Below are positions 1-13,600 of a stretch of 64,000 bases of DNA, piece after piece. The DNA comes from Selaginella moellendorffii (taxonomy: Eukaryota > Plantae > Lycopodiophyta). The notes under the pieces were generated by a model. That model did not search any database. It had not been told where the DNA came from and saw only the letters and a program-made list of their open reading frames with translations. Both the position numbers and the translations under genes were made by a program. The DNA is taken from contig NW_003314307.1 of assembly GCF_000143415.4 (NCBI RefSeq), positions 568,859 through 632,858 on the forward strand, in the 5' to 3' direction. Positions within the stretch are counted from its first letter, which is position 1, and each line of letters opens with the position of its first letter.

Positions 1-1213
1 GCTCCGTTAGCACGAGTTTACGCTTGGGCTCGTGAGTGAGGCACATTAGCAACTCGAGGATACGCTTTGAGTTGGCAGGATTAATGTTAACCTATCAGTG
101 GCTCCATGAGTTGTTCCATGTACTGTGGGTGAAAGCAAACTTTCCCTGGTTTGCTATGAGTAGCGAATAGGCTAGTCCATAGCTGTTTAGCATGGCACTA
201 GTGGATCCTTCCTAGGCATGATTACAAGTGGATCAACTAAGACTATAGGGATTAGTCTATTGGTTCAAGTAATCATTGTCGTGCTCTCTTATAAACTTTT
301 CTTGGATTGGACTGAAGGCAGTGCGAACGCAAGCTTGAGGTTTAGTCAAAGATGAGACCGAAAAGAGAGTAGTCGGGGACGGAGGATCAAACACGTAAAT
401 CATTTTCTTTTCTTGAAGAAATGATTTGCAATGAGGTGTTGACATATTGCTCGTATTTACATCATGCAATCAAGAGTCCCTACCTTAATGCATCTTGGAG
501 ATGATGGTCTTACAAATGGTGAGTTATGGGATGGATAGCGGTAAAATGCTATACCATTTTGTCTAGGCTTGCTATTGGAAGACTTGAGTTGCAATGCTCA
601 ATTCTTTTCCGGGAACCTTGCTATTGCTCCTTGAGTAGCTTGGTGTTGGACTAGTTTTGAGTTTGGTCAAATAGAGAGAGTGGCATGAGTTTGTCCATGT
701 TGTGAACAAAAAGTTAGTGGTGCTGAGTGTTGTAAATCTCTATCGGTGGAGTGTGGCATTTATGTTGCATTTTGTCGAATCGAGTTTGCACTTGATACTC
801 ACATAAACCTTTGAAGTAATGACATAGACATTACTCGTGGTGTTGCTCAATTGATGATCAAATCATTGTGATTTCCATATCATATCTATGTAATAATGAG
901 CAATGTGTTTACGAAGTTGCTTGGTTAAACAATGATCAACCCCAAAGTGGTTGATAGTAAAGCTAGTCTACTTACACGAAGTAGCATTGTAGTAGCTTTG
1001 ACTGGATTCTCGATGATGGTTCATTATGCTAAGTTTAAGTTGGTTCCTTGTTTCCTTGAGGGTTTGCCCATAAGGTGTTGGAAAGGGTTATAGCATTCAC
1101 TTGCTATGCCTTGTCGGTTATTCCGTTAACACTTGGAGTAGATTGTTGGATAGAGAAGGTGTGAGGCTGAGGCATTGATATTGCTAGCACTTGTGTTAGT
1201 GGAAGTGGCATTG

Positions 1214-2361
1214 TGTAAGGAACCAACTCGCCGAGGTGTCGTAGGCTAAGGGAACCCCGAAAGCATGACCAAAATGACAAAGAGTTCATCGGATGGGACC
1301 AAGTCAAAGATCGAGTCCAAGACCGACTCTAGGACCGAGTTCGAGATCGAGTCCGGAATCGAGTCCGAGACCGACTCGGGGACCGAGTTCGAGTCCGAGT
1401 TCGAGACCGAGTTCGAGACGGAGTCCGAGATCCGAAATCGGGTCCGAGACCGAGTCCGAAGTCGAGTCCGAGGTCGGGCCCGAGATCGGGTCCGAGATCG
1501 AGTCCGCGATCGAGTCCGAGACCGAATCCGAAGTCGGATCCGAAATCGGATCCGAGATCGAGCCAGAGACTAAGTCCAAATACTAATACGGGTCAAGGGG
1601 TGAAAGCCCAAAGCGTGCGTCCCCCAGGGGGGGGGGGCTGCAGGGGGTTCCAAAAGTATAGTAGGGATAGTGAGGTCCAGGAACCAGTTTTGAAGGGACT
1701 CTCCAGTTGGGCTTCCAAACCGACTTGAGGTTGGGACTGGGACTAAGGGGCCTTGGGTGGGAGTGGGCATGGACTTGGCTGGTGCCGGAGGGGCCATCCA
1801 AGGAAGTGCTCAAGAGCAGCTCCCACTCCCGAAAGGGAAACCGATTGCGGTGCTCCCGGCTCATGTGGAGTGGTGCCCCACTTGAGTACCATGCGGCTCA
1901 TTGGTCCTCGCCCTTCCAAGGGGCTTGGGCCTTCCTTCGGGATGGAAGTGGGGGGCGAGAGGTACCCATACCGGGCCGTTAGGCCACGGTGTTTCGCCCC
2001 GGCGTCCCGAAGCAAGTGTTGCACTCAAGACTTGGGATTTAGAGGGTCCCATGATCAAGTCTTGTGGTACCAAGGGATGTTAGGAACCTGGAAGCTTGGT
2101 GTGCTTGGCTGCTTGTGCTTGCGGGGAGTGTAGCCGAACCTTAAGTCCAGTCTAACCCGGGGAGGGGGATTGGGAGTGATTTGGGAATCCATGGAAGGAT
2201 GGCTAACACTCCGTTGCTCGTGCAGTGAGTAGCTGAAACCAAGTAGGAGCTGGTACCATAGGCGAGAACCTTGGCAAGGGAACTTAGCAAAAGCCAAGGC
2301 AGTGTTGGACGGATAGACGAGGTAAGCTGGCAAATTGGAAAGGAAAAATTTGTGGCTTACA
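1214..2361 (+). mobile_element. Solo LTR, family C (1148 bp)
   Basis: Termini TGTAAG...CTTACA with perfect TSD CATTG (1209-1213, 2362-2366). The uninterrupted site is visible in the inverted family-A copy at ~14760-14800. Confidence 0.93.
1297..1580. repeat. Hexamer-based tandem repeat (gagtcc/gagacc/gagatc) inside LTR-C
   Basis: Direct reading; it explains the low-complexity ORFs on both strands. Confidence 0.9.
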
Positions 2362-5300
2362 CATTGTTGATTCGAGTGATGAGGAATTCTCCTTAGAGCT
2401 TGATTTTCCATGTCATTTTTCTTGTTAGTGTTTTAGCTTCACATTAGATCTTGAAAGTGGTTGAAGAAGAGTGTTAGTGCAATATGGATATCCGAAGATG
2501 TGGTCTTCGTGATCAAGCCTTGGATGTTCCATTTGCATTTTACAGATGTCAGTGTTGGATGTTGAAAGAATGGGCAAAAAGATGTTCGAGGCTTAAGCAT
2601 ACTATGGGTCATGAGAATTTGTGTTGAGGTGAACCTCTATGAAGTTGTTGGTAGGAGGAAGTTGGTTGAGTCTTGAAAATTTGTATTCCTAGACTGAGAG
2701 TCATTCTTTCTCTAGAATGGAAAGATTTTCCACAAATTTTCTTAGACTTTTCCAATGGCTGATCTGTTATCACTTTGTTCGAAAACCATTCCGTTTTCGA
2801 AAGCCAATACAAACTAGTAAAGGGGTTGGAGTTGACTTCGGTTAGCTTAGACCTTAGTATGTAGTTTGTATGATGCGGCCCGAAAGGGATGCTGACTTTT
2901 GGGGCTAAGACAATTGAGTTGGATAGAGTCTGGAGTTAGTATAGAAAAGTGGCCGTTGCACTTTTCTAGAAAGGTGACCCTTGTGCCTTTCTTTTGTAGC
3001 ATTATGCTTCGTGGCAGGTTGCACTTTGCATTTCGTTAGACTCTATGAGAGTAGTGAGCTCTCACTGATCTTGACTTGGTCTTGGTGGCCCTGCACCTTG
3101 GCTGACGATGGTGATGTTCAACTTAGTTGTTTGAGTTTGAAATGTTGGTACCCGTACTATAGCTTTGTTTATAAGGAGGTTGTGTACCGATATGATCCAT
3201 CTCATGGTCTTCACTTTAGTTTCGACTAAGTGTTGGTCATGTATAGCTAGCCTCTTCAAAGGCATGCTCAGAGCTATTGACTAAATGCATTGGTGAGCTT
3301 ATCGCGGTTGAGTTAGATTCGAGTGGTCATTTAGTTCGTGCTTGTCTATGAAACTTTATCTCGTACCTGAGGTATCACGTTCATGTTGGACAAGTGTATG
3401 ACTAAATAACATGAGTTTAGTGTTTCAATCTCGTGAAAGCAAGTTGAAAAAGTGATGGTTAGTTGCTTTGCGACTAATGATTGCTTGTAGACTTCATCGA
3501 GCATTGTTTAACACTTGCTTCGCTCGATAAAGATTTAGCAGTGATGGGCTTGCTTTACCGGATGGTGTTGCGGAGGATCGTGTTGTTAGACTTACATGGA
3601 TTTTCCATGTTGGCATGTCAACTCTATCTCTGTCGATATCATTTGGTTACGTTTAGTCCGTGGTGTTGGATTTCATTAAGTCTTGGATGTGGTGATTCAC
3701 TCCTTGAGAAAGTGTTATCTGTACCTGAGTAATGTTGAAGGATTGGTTTTGGATACTAAGTATAGTATCTTTGACTTTGGCTAGCTTGGTTGCTAGAGAG
3801 CTTTGAGTGGTGATTCACTCTTGCTTTCTTTTAGCTTTGTTCTAATGTTGATGGCATTGAGGTGATGACTTGTCATTGATATTATTGATGTTGAGATTCA
3901 GGTGAGATGATATATCTATCCTTAGGATTGATATTGAGTTTCATTGCTCTCGATGAAGATAGTGTTGATGATTTGGCTATAGCTTTATGTTATTAGCATT
4001 CGTGCATTTGCTAGTTAGCAACTGTGTTGATGTTCAAATGAACTGAGTAGCAAGTTTGAGTTAGTTGTGTTCTAGACAAGATTATTTAGTAGAGGGTTGA
4101 GCTTCGGCTTTTCCTTAAAAAGTGATTCAGTCATGGACTATACTAGCTTTACAAGATGAAGAGTTAGTGATTGATATTGAAGATGTTAGTCCCTTGTTGG
4201 GTTTGCATTGGGATATAACAATCATTGATGATTCTTTTTGTGCTTGTTATGACGTGAGTTACGTCTTGCTATAGATGGATTCAGGGAGGATTATTTGGTG
4301 ATCACTTGTTGAGCATGGCTTTGTTATGCTTAAGTTTTTTGATTGATGCAGACATGCTCTTCATTACCTTTGGCATTATGAAGTTTAGCTTATGGATGTG
4401 TTGAAGAGGATGTTGTGGGTTATACCATAATTTTCTTCTTAGCATTGAAGTTAGTTCATGTGAGACTTGTGATCATTGTTAGGAAAGACTTGGCTATAGG
4501 CTTCTTCAAACTTTTGGTTCTTTGAGTTTTATGCTTATTGTTCCATTGGTTAGAAGTTGTTGGGGAAGACATTTTGGCTTATTAGCTTCGATGTTGAAGT
4601 TGACTTTTGCATCTAACAATCATTGGTAATGATTGACTATTATCTGGGATAGTTGATTATCCTTGTCAAAAAGGTTTTGCTTGATTATTATTGATATAGA
4701 CTGAGTTGCTATTCTTCGGGATGGTAGATTCTTTCTTCAACGATGATTATACATTTCTTTATTGATAGGATGATTGATGATCTTTCATGATGGTTAGTTG
4801 TTCTCTTTGATAGCTTTTGGCTTTTCGCAATACCACATGTTCTTTGTGGTTTGCTTTGGATTGGTCTCTTGGGTTTAAGACATCGATAGGATGTTGCTGA
4901 CACTTACTTAGGCAACTTGAGTTCCTTGGAGTCATTGACTGGGATCTATTTGGATTGGCTCGTGTGATAGTTAACATGACCAAGTGTTTGTTGGCCATGC
5001 AACATTCATTCTATTCTGTTGATTATTGCTCGAGTTTGTTCTGATAGATTGGAATGTTGTTTCCTCTGGGTGATACATTCGCGAGCATTTTGCTTGTCAG
5101 TCAATGATACTTTGTGTTCTTTGAGTTATCTTTCGTCAGTTGTTTGGCATTTTGTCTGCAATCTTTAATAGTTAAACTTTATTATTGAGTTTACTTGATG
5201 ATATCCTTGCTATTGAATTTTGTTTGATGGTGAATCCTATGTTTACCAATTATGATGATCTTGGTGGTTCCTATACTATTATACTGGTTTATCGGATGAT

Positions 5301-5939
5301 AAATTACTTAGAATACTATTGTGTTCTAATCTAAGCTTTAATTATTGGTAATTAAGTCTCTAAGATATCATTGTCTATGACTTTGATATTGTCTATCTAT
5401 TGGTCTTTGAGTTTGGGCCAGTATAGGCAGACTGGCTTCGGCACTTTGTGTGCATGGTGAAATTTCTAGTCATGGGGTAGCTACTGTCGACTGGTCACCT
5501 CACCCGCCTCTCTGTCGATGTTCCTTATTCCGTTAAAAGGGCGTGACCGTGTAAACAACTCTAACTGCCTGTTTACAGTAGTCTATCTAAACCTTACCGA
5601 CGGGTTTGGTTTCTTTGCTCAGGGGGGTTGAGGCCTCTAGCTTCTCTCTCTATGTTCCTGCGGGCAGGGGCATATCACACTTTTGTAAGCTGGGTGACTC
5701 CCAGAGCAGCAAGGGTGGCTGACTCCGTTGGTCATTTCCTTGTCGGTGACGGCCGGAAGGTGTCTGAGCTGGTAGTGCATCCGCGTTAGACAAAGAGGTT
5801 GCCCCCTAACTCATTTAAGTTGGTGCATTTCTCACATAGTGTGAGTACCGTGAACTTTTTTCTGGAGTTGTTTCCTTGGCGGTATTCTAGACTCGAGTAT
5901 GCATCGACGAGGACGTCGATCTTCCCAAGGGGGGGAGAG

Positions 5940-7070
5940 TGTCGCGAATGTGACTTCAGGTATCGAAAGTTACCTGTCGGCTAGTCCTTACGAACACTCT
6001 TACCTTACTGCCACGATGGCAGGAGGTCGGTATTGTTGGACCCGTTATCAGTTTCCCACTTGAGCTAGTTGAGAAACTGGTCAATGACTATGAACTTAGA
6101 TTGGATAAACATAAGGTAGGAACCCTATGTGTTTATTGCTGAGCATACTCAGCCTGGTTTGAGAAACTTGAGTCATTGGCTTGCACTTGCTAGTATCAAG
6201 AACCCCCGCGATATTGAGATTGGTCCCTCAATATTGCTAGATGATAGCTTACCGTGTTTGCCAAACACCTTCACTATCATGCCCTTTGTGTTGGTCTCGT
6301 TTCGGTCCCAAATGCTATTTATGGAAAGTGTCCAGATTTGCTCATTTGGCATATCTACGGAATGTAGAGATCGTCTTGAACACAATGGTGTTCATCCCGT
6401 GTTCAAATTCGCAATCTAGGGACATTCCATATTTAGTAAGTTTCGAGCTTGTCCCAGAGACTAACTCCTGATACTAAGGGAGGCTTGGGGTGAAAGCCCA
6501 AAGCGTGTGTTCCTCAAGGGGGGGGGCTGTGGGGGGTTCCAAATGTATAGTAGGGATAGTGGGTAGGTCAGGCATGGCCGACCAACCTGAGGCATAGTCT
6601 AGTTCCCGCTTGCGTGCCTGTCCTTGTTTTGCATCCGGCTTGGGTCTAAGCCCAAGTTCCATTCCATGCTAGTTGGTGGAGTACCCATGTCCTCGTGTTA
6701 GGCCACCGGTATGCTGAAATAGCGCCAGACTTCGTTTGGCTCCGTTTTGCGTGCTGGTCCTGGCATTGGGATGCTGGTTACTCTAGGACTGTTCCAAGTC
6801 GCTCCGGGCTCCTGTCCCTTCGCTCCTTGGGCTTTATGCTCAGGAGTTGCTTCGTGGTTCGGTTCCGTCACTCCTTGGCTCCATGCTTGGGAGTTTGGCA
6901 CCGTTCCTTCGTTCAGTGGCCCGAGGCCCTGAACTACGGGTTCCTATGGACACGTGGCATGTGACACGTGGCATCTGTCACATGGCACAAAGAGGGTTTA
7001 GGTTCCGCTTCGTGGTGTTATCCTATGGTAAATCACCATAGGATAAAGGGTCAAAACCACGTGCGCTACA
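5940..7070 (+). repeat. LTR-A copy 1 (3' LTR)
   Basis: TG...CA termini, preceded by PPT; homologous to 8317-9460, 9572-10699 and the split copy at 54612-63389. Confidence 0.92.
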
Positions 7071-10000
7071 GCTTCCATGTTGAAGTTAGCTTTTCCATAT
7101 AGCAATCATTGGTGATGATTAATTATCATCTAAGATAGTTGATTATCCTTGTCAAAAGGTTTGCTTGATTATTGTTGATCTAAAATGATTTGCCGTTCTT
7201 TGGGATGGTGGATTTCTTCTTAGACGATGATTATGCATCTCTTTATTGATAGGATGGTTGATGATCTTTCATGATGGTTAGTTATTCTCTTTGATGGCTT
7301 ATGGCTTTTCACAATACCACATGTTCTTTGTGGTTTGCTCTAGATTGGTCTCTTGGGTTTGAGATATTAGTAGGATGTTGCTAACACTTGCTTGAGCAAC
7401 TCTACTTCCTTGGTATTGTTGACCGGGATTTGTTCAGATTAGCTTTTGTGATAGTTGGCATGAATGGGTGTTTGTTAGTGTTCCCGCATTCATTCTATTC
7501 TGTTAATTATTGCTCGAGTTAGTTTTGATAGGTTGAGATGTTATTTCCTTTGGGTAATACATTCGCGAGCATTTTGCTTGCCAGTCAATGATACTTTGTG
7601 TTCTTTGAGTTCTCTTTAATAAATTGTTTAGCATATTGTCTACAATCTTTGGTAGTTAATTTTTCTCATTGAGTTTATTTGATGATATGCTTGCTATTGA
7701 CTTTTGTTAGATGGTGAATCCTATGTTTACCAATTATGATGATCTTGGTGGTTCCCATACTATCATACTGGTTTATCGAATAATAACTTACTTGGAATAC
7801 TTTTGTGTTCTAATCTAAGATATATTCACTGGTAATTACGTCTCTAAGATATCATTGTCTCTGACTTTGATATTGTGCATCTTTTGATCTTTGAGTTTGG
7901 GCCAGTATAGGTAGACTGGCTTCAGCACTTTGTGTGCATGGTGAAATTTCTAGTCATGGGGTAGCTACTGTCGACTGGTCACATCACCCGCCTCTCTGTC
8001 AATGTTCCTTATTCCGTTAAAAGGGCGTGACCGTGTAAACAACTCTAATTGCCTGTTTACAGTAGTCTATCTAAACCTTACCGACAGGTTTTGGTTTCTT
8101 TGCTCAGGAAGGTTGGGGCCTCTGGCTTCTCTCTCTATGTCCCTACGGGCAGGGGCATATCACACTTTTGTAAGCTGGGTGACTCCCAGAGCAGCAAGGG
8201 TGGCTAACTCTGTTGGTCATTTCCTTGGTGGCAACGGTCGGAAGGTGTCTAAGTTGGTAGCGCATCCGCGTTAGACAAAGAAGTTGCCCCTTAACTCATT
8301 TAAGTTGGTGCATTTCTGTCGCGAATGTGACTTCGGGTATCGAAAGTTACCTGTCGGCTAGTCCTTACGGACACTCTTACCTTACTGCCACGATGGCAGG
8401 AGGTTGGTATTGCTGGTTCTCTTTATCAACCCCTCTTGTTCAAGTGTTAGTTTACTGGGCTTAGCACCTGTACTTAGCCAGATGGACATAAGGTAGGAAC
8501 TCCTATGTGTTTCTAGCTGAGCATACTCGGCCTGGCTCTTAGTTCTCTTTTGCTCTGTCTTGCACTGGCTTGACAAGAACCCTCGCGTATTGAGATTGGT
8601 CCCTCAATATCGCCGGATGATAGCTTACCGTGTCTGCCAAACACCCTCGCTATCATGCCCTTTGTGTTAGTCTCATTTCGGTCCCAAATGTTATTTATGG
8701 AAAGTGTCCAGATTTGCTCATTTGGCATATCTACGGAATGTAGAGATCGGCCTGAACACAATGGTGTTCGTCCCGTGTCCAAATTCGCAATCTAGGGACA
8801 TTCCATATTTAGTAAATTTCGAGCTTGTCCTAGAGACTAACTCTTGATACTAAGGGAGGCTTGGGGTGAAAGCCCAAAGCGTGTGTTCCTAAAGGGGGGG
8901 GGGCTATGGGGGGTTCCAAATGTATAGTAGGGATAGTGGGTAGGTCGGGCATGGCCGACCAACCTGAGGCATAGTCTAGCTCCCGCTTGCGTGCTTGTCC
9001 TTGTTCTGCGTCCGGCTTGGGTCTAAGCCCAAGTTCCATTCCATGCTAGTTGGTGGAGTACCCATGTCCTCGCGTTAGGCCACCGGTATGCCGAAATAAT
9101 GCCAAACTCCGTTTGGCTCCGTTTTGCGTGCTGGTCCTGGCATTGGGACGCTGGTAACTCTAGGACTGTTCCAAGTCGCTCCGGGCCCCTGTCCCTTCGC
9201 TCCTTGGGTTTTATGCTCGGGAGTTGCTCCGTGGTTCAGTTCCATCACTCCTTGGCTCCATGCTTGGGAGTTTGGCACTGTTCCTTTGTTCAGTGGCCCA
9301 GGGCCCTGAACCTCAGGTTCCTATGGACACATGGCATGGACACGTGGCATGTGACATGTGGCATCTGTCACATGGCACAAAGAGAGTTTAGGTTCCACTT
9401 CGTGGTGTTATCCTATGGTAAATCACCATAGGATAAAGGGTCAAAACCATGTGCGCTACAATTTCTCACATAATGTGAGTACCATGAACTTTTTCTGGAG
9501 TTATTTCCTTGGCGGTATTCTAGACTTGAGTATGCATCGACGAGGACGTCGATCTTCCCTGGGGGGGAGAGTGTCGCGAATGTGACTTCGGGTATCGAAA
9601 GTTACCTGTCAACCAGTCCTTATGGACACTCTTACTTTACTGCCACGATGGCAAGAGGTCGGTATTGTTGGTCCCTTTTATGGTCTCCACTCAAGCTAGT
9701 TGAGAAACTGGTCATCGCGTGTGCACTTGACCAAATGAGCATAAGGACGGAATTCCTACGTGCTATTTGTCAAACATACTTGACCTGGTTAGAGAAACTC
9801 ATTTGTTGACTTGCACTTGCTAGTGTTGGGAACCCCCGCAATATTGAGACTAGTCCCTCAATATTCGCTAATGATAGCTTACCGTATCTGCCAAACACCC
9901 TTGCTATCATGCCTTTTGTGTTAGTCTCATTTTGGTCCCAAGTGCTATTTATGGAAAGTGTCTAGATTAGCTCATTTGGCATATTTATGAAATGTAAAGA

Positions 10001-10699
10001 TCAGCTTGAACACAATGGTGTTCGTCCCGTGTCTAAATTCGCAATATAGCGCCATTCCATATTTAGTAAGTTTTGGACTTGTCCTAAAGACTAACTCCTG
10101 GTACTAAGGGAGGCTTGGGGTGAAAGCCCAAAGTGTGTGTCCCTCAAGCATGTATAGTAGGGATAGTGGCTAGGTCAGGCATGGCCGACCAACCTGAGGC
10201 ATAGTTTAGCTCCCGCTTGCATGCTTGTCCTTGTTCTGCATCTGGCTTGGTTCTAAACCTAAGTTCCATTCCATACTAGCTGGTGGAATACCCATGTCCT
10301 TGTGTTAGGCCACCGGTATGCCGAAATAGCGCCAGACTCCGTTTGGCTCCATTTGGCTCCGTTTTGCGTGCTAGTCCTAACATTGGGATGCTAGTTACTC
10401 TAGGACTGTTCCAAGTCACTCCAGGTTCCTGTCCCTTCACTCTTTGGGTTGAATACTCGGGAGTTGCTCCGTGGTCCGGTTCCATCACTCCTTGGCGCCA
10501 TGCTTGGGAGTTTGGCACCTTTCCTTTGTTCAGTGGCCCAAGGCCCTGAATCTCGAGTTCCGCACCACATTCCTTTGGACACGTGGCATGTGACATGTGG
10601 CATTTATCACGTGGCACATAGAGGGTTTAGGTTCTGCTCTGTGGTGTTATCCTATGGTAAATCACCATAGGATAAAGGGTCAAAACCACGTGCGCTACA
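7071..10699 (+). mobile_element. 3' part of a second family-A element (host of the first): internal 3' region, PPT and 3' LTR 9572-10699
   Basis: 7071-8316 plus 9461-9571 repeats ~4584-5939. PPT gggggggagag at 9561-9571. LTR TGTCGCG...GCGCTACA. Confidence 0.87.
8317..9460 (+). mobile_element. Solo LTR-A inserted in a family-A internal region
   Basis: TG...CA termini with TSD ATTTC (8312-8316, 9461-9465). Empty site 'gtgcatttctcacatag' at ~5823-5840. Confidence 0.92.
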
Positions 10700-13600
10700 G
10701 CCACCCTTAGTAACAAAAGTTAGTCTCTAGGACAAATTTGAAACTTACTAAATATGAAATGGCATTATATTGTAAATTTGGATACAGGACTAACACCATT
10801 GTGTTCAAAACAATCTTTACATTCCATAGATATGCCAGATTAGTAAATCTAAACACTTTCTATAAATAGTTATTGGGACCAAACGAGACCAACACAAAAG
10901 GCATAATAGCAAAGGTGTTTAACACACATGGTAAACTATTATTTAACAAATATTAAGGGAACAATTTTAATATTGCAGGGGTTTTTATCAAACCAGTGTA
11001 AGATAGAACAAAAGAGAACTAACAAACCAAGCCAAATATATTTGACTAAATAGACACTTAGGAATTCCTTCCTTATGCTTATCTAGCTAAGTACAAATAC
11101 AAAGTCATGTTTACTAATAACTTGAATAAAAGGGACTAAAAAGGGGTCTAGTAATACCAATCTCTTGCTGTTGTGGTAGTAAGGAAAGAATATTCAAAAG
11201 GATTAGCTGACAAGTAACTTTTGACACTTGCAATCACATTTGTGACACTCTTTTTAAGGAAGATTAACGTCCTCATCAATGCATACTTTAGTCTAGACCA
11301 CCGCCAAGGAAACAACTCCAGAAAAAGTTCATAATGTTTATACTTTGTGAAAAATGCACTAACTTAAATGAGTTAGGGTAACTTCTCCGTTTAATGTAAA
11401 TGCACTACAACTCAAACACCTTTTGACTGTTGTTAACAAGGAAATGACTAACAGAGTTAGCCACCCTTGCTGCTCTGGGTGTCACCCAGCTTCCAAAAAT
11501 GTGATATGCCCCTACCCATATGTGGTATAAAGAGAGAAGCTAGAGGCCCCAACCCTCCTAAACAATCCATCAGCAAGGTTTAAATAAACTACTATAAACA
11601 GGCAATTAAAGTTGTTTATATAGTCATGGTTACACTAAGACTCGATGATATTGGTTATACGGTTACATGTTATATGTTTAAATGAAATAAGAAATATCAA
11701 GAGAAAAGCGGGTGATATGACTAATTGACAGTAGCTACCCTATGACTAAAGATTTCATCATGCACGTGAAGGGCAAAAGCCAATCTGCTTATACTGATCC
11801 AAACCCAAAAATCAAGAAATGGACAATATCAAAGTCATAGACAATGATATCTTAGAAACTAAACTATCAGTGAATTAATCTTAGAGTAGAATAGAAAAGT
11901 ATTCTAAACAAGTTATCATCCTATAAACTAATATGAGAGTACAGGAACCACCAAAATCATCATAATTGGAAAATATAGGATTCACCATCCAACAAAATTT
12001 AATAACAAATGTATCATCAAGAACATTCAATAATAAAACTTAACTATCAAAGATTGTAAACAGTATGCCAAACAACTTATGAAAGACAACTAAAGAACAC
12101 AAAGTATCATTGATATACAAGCAAGCCAAATGCTCACGAATGTATCATCTGAAGGAAATAACATTCAATCTATCAAAATCAACTGTAACAATAATCAATA
12201 GAACAAAATGAATGCTATAAAACTAACAAATACTTGTTTATGCTAATAATTGTATTAACCAATCTAAATAGATCCCGTTCAATAATACCAAGGAACTAAA
12301 GTGCTTAAGTAGGCTTCAACAACATCCTACTAATATCTCAAACCCAAGATACTAATTTAGAGTAAATCACAAGTAACATGTGGTAATGCAAAAAACCACA
12401 AGTTATCAAAGAGAACAACTAACTATCATGAAGATCATCAATCATCAAGAGATGCATATTCATCATCAAAGAAAAAATCTACAATCCAAAATAATGGCAA
12501 ATCATTTAGCATCAACAATAATTAAGCAAAATTTTTGATAAGGATAATCAACTATCCTACTAACTATCAACTATGATAGTCAATCATCACCAATGATTTC
12601 CAAATACAAATACTAACTTTAAAATTAAAGCTAATGAGCCAAAATACCTTCCTTAGCAACTCCTAATAAATGGAATAATGAGCATAAAACTAAAGGCTCA
12701 AAGAAGTCTATAACTAAGTCTTGTTTAATAATGATCACAAATTTCACATAAATTAATATCAATGTAAAATAAGAAATCATAGCAGAACCCACAATAACCT
12801 CTTTAACACATCTAGAAGCTAAATTTCATAATGCCAAAGCTAATTAAAAGGATATTTGCATTAATCCAAAAGCCAAGCACAATAAAGTTATGCTCAACAA
12901 GTGATCATTAGATGATTCTCCATGAATCCATCTTTATAATAAGATGTAACTCACTTTATAACACGTACAAAAGAAATTATTAATGATCAATATATCCTTA
13001 ACTTAAAACCAATAAGGAACCACCAACTTCAATATTGACCACTAATTCTTCTTTTCATAAAGCTAGCATAATTTATGACTAAATCACTTTTCAAGAAAAA
13101 ACCAAAGCTCAACCCTTACTAAATAATCTCAACTAGAACTCAACTAACTCAACTTGCTACTTAGTTCATCTTAATGTTAACATAGTTGCTAACTAGCAAA
13201 TGCACAATGCGAATAATATAAAGTTATAACTAAATCATCAACACTATTTACATCAAGACTAATTAAACTCAAAATCAATCATACGGAGAGATATCTCACT
13301 TCATTTGAATTTCAACACCAATAATGTTAATGATAAAGTATCATTTCAATGCCATCAACACGAAAAAAGCAAAAGTGAATTACCACTTAAAGTTCTTTAG
13401 CAACCCAACTAACCAAAGTCGAAGATACCTTACTCAGTATTTAAGACTAATATTTCAACCATACTCAACTATAGATAATACATCATCAAGGAGTGAACCA
13501 CCACATCTAAGATGCAATGTAATCCAACACCATAAACTAAATGTAACCAAATGATATTGATAAAGGTAAAACTGATATACTAACATAAAAAATTATGAAA

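Larger units (their letters stand above)
1..7070 (+). mobile_element. Family-A LTR retroelement (Ty3/gypsy-type, no intact ORF): internal region plus 3' LTR; 5' LTR lies upstream of the window
   Basis: Gypsy-like 3' end 'gaggacgtcgatcttcccaagggggggagag' (PPT) directly precedes the LTR TGTCGCG...GTGCGCTACA (5940-7070). The internal region is collinear, in reverse complement, with 11248-15980. Confidence 0.85.

Noticed and set aside
1265-1586. RD/RS/ES-rich ORFs here and at 25772-26217, 56349-57353 and 62264-63266
   Set aside because: They are translations of 6- and 12-bp tandem arrays inside LTRs, open in most frames, with no evidence of being genes.
1-5939. Ty1/copia assignment or intact pol ORF
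   Set aside because: No copia RT motifs found. The 3' end and PPT context are gypsy-like and no long ORF exists.
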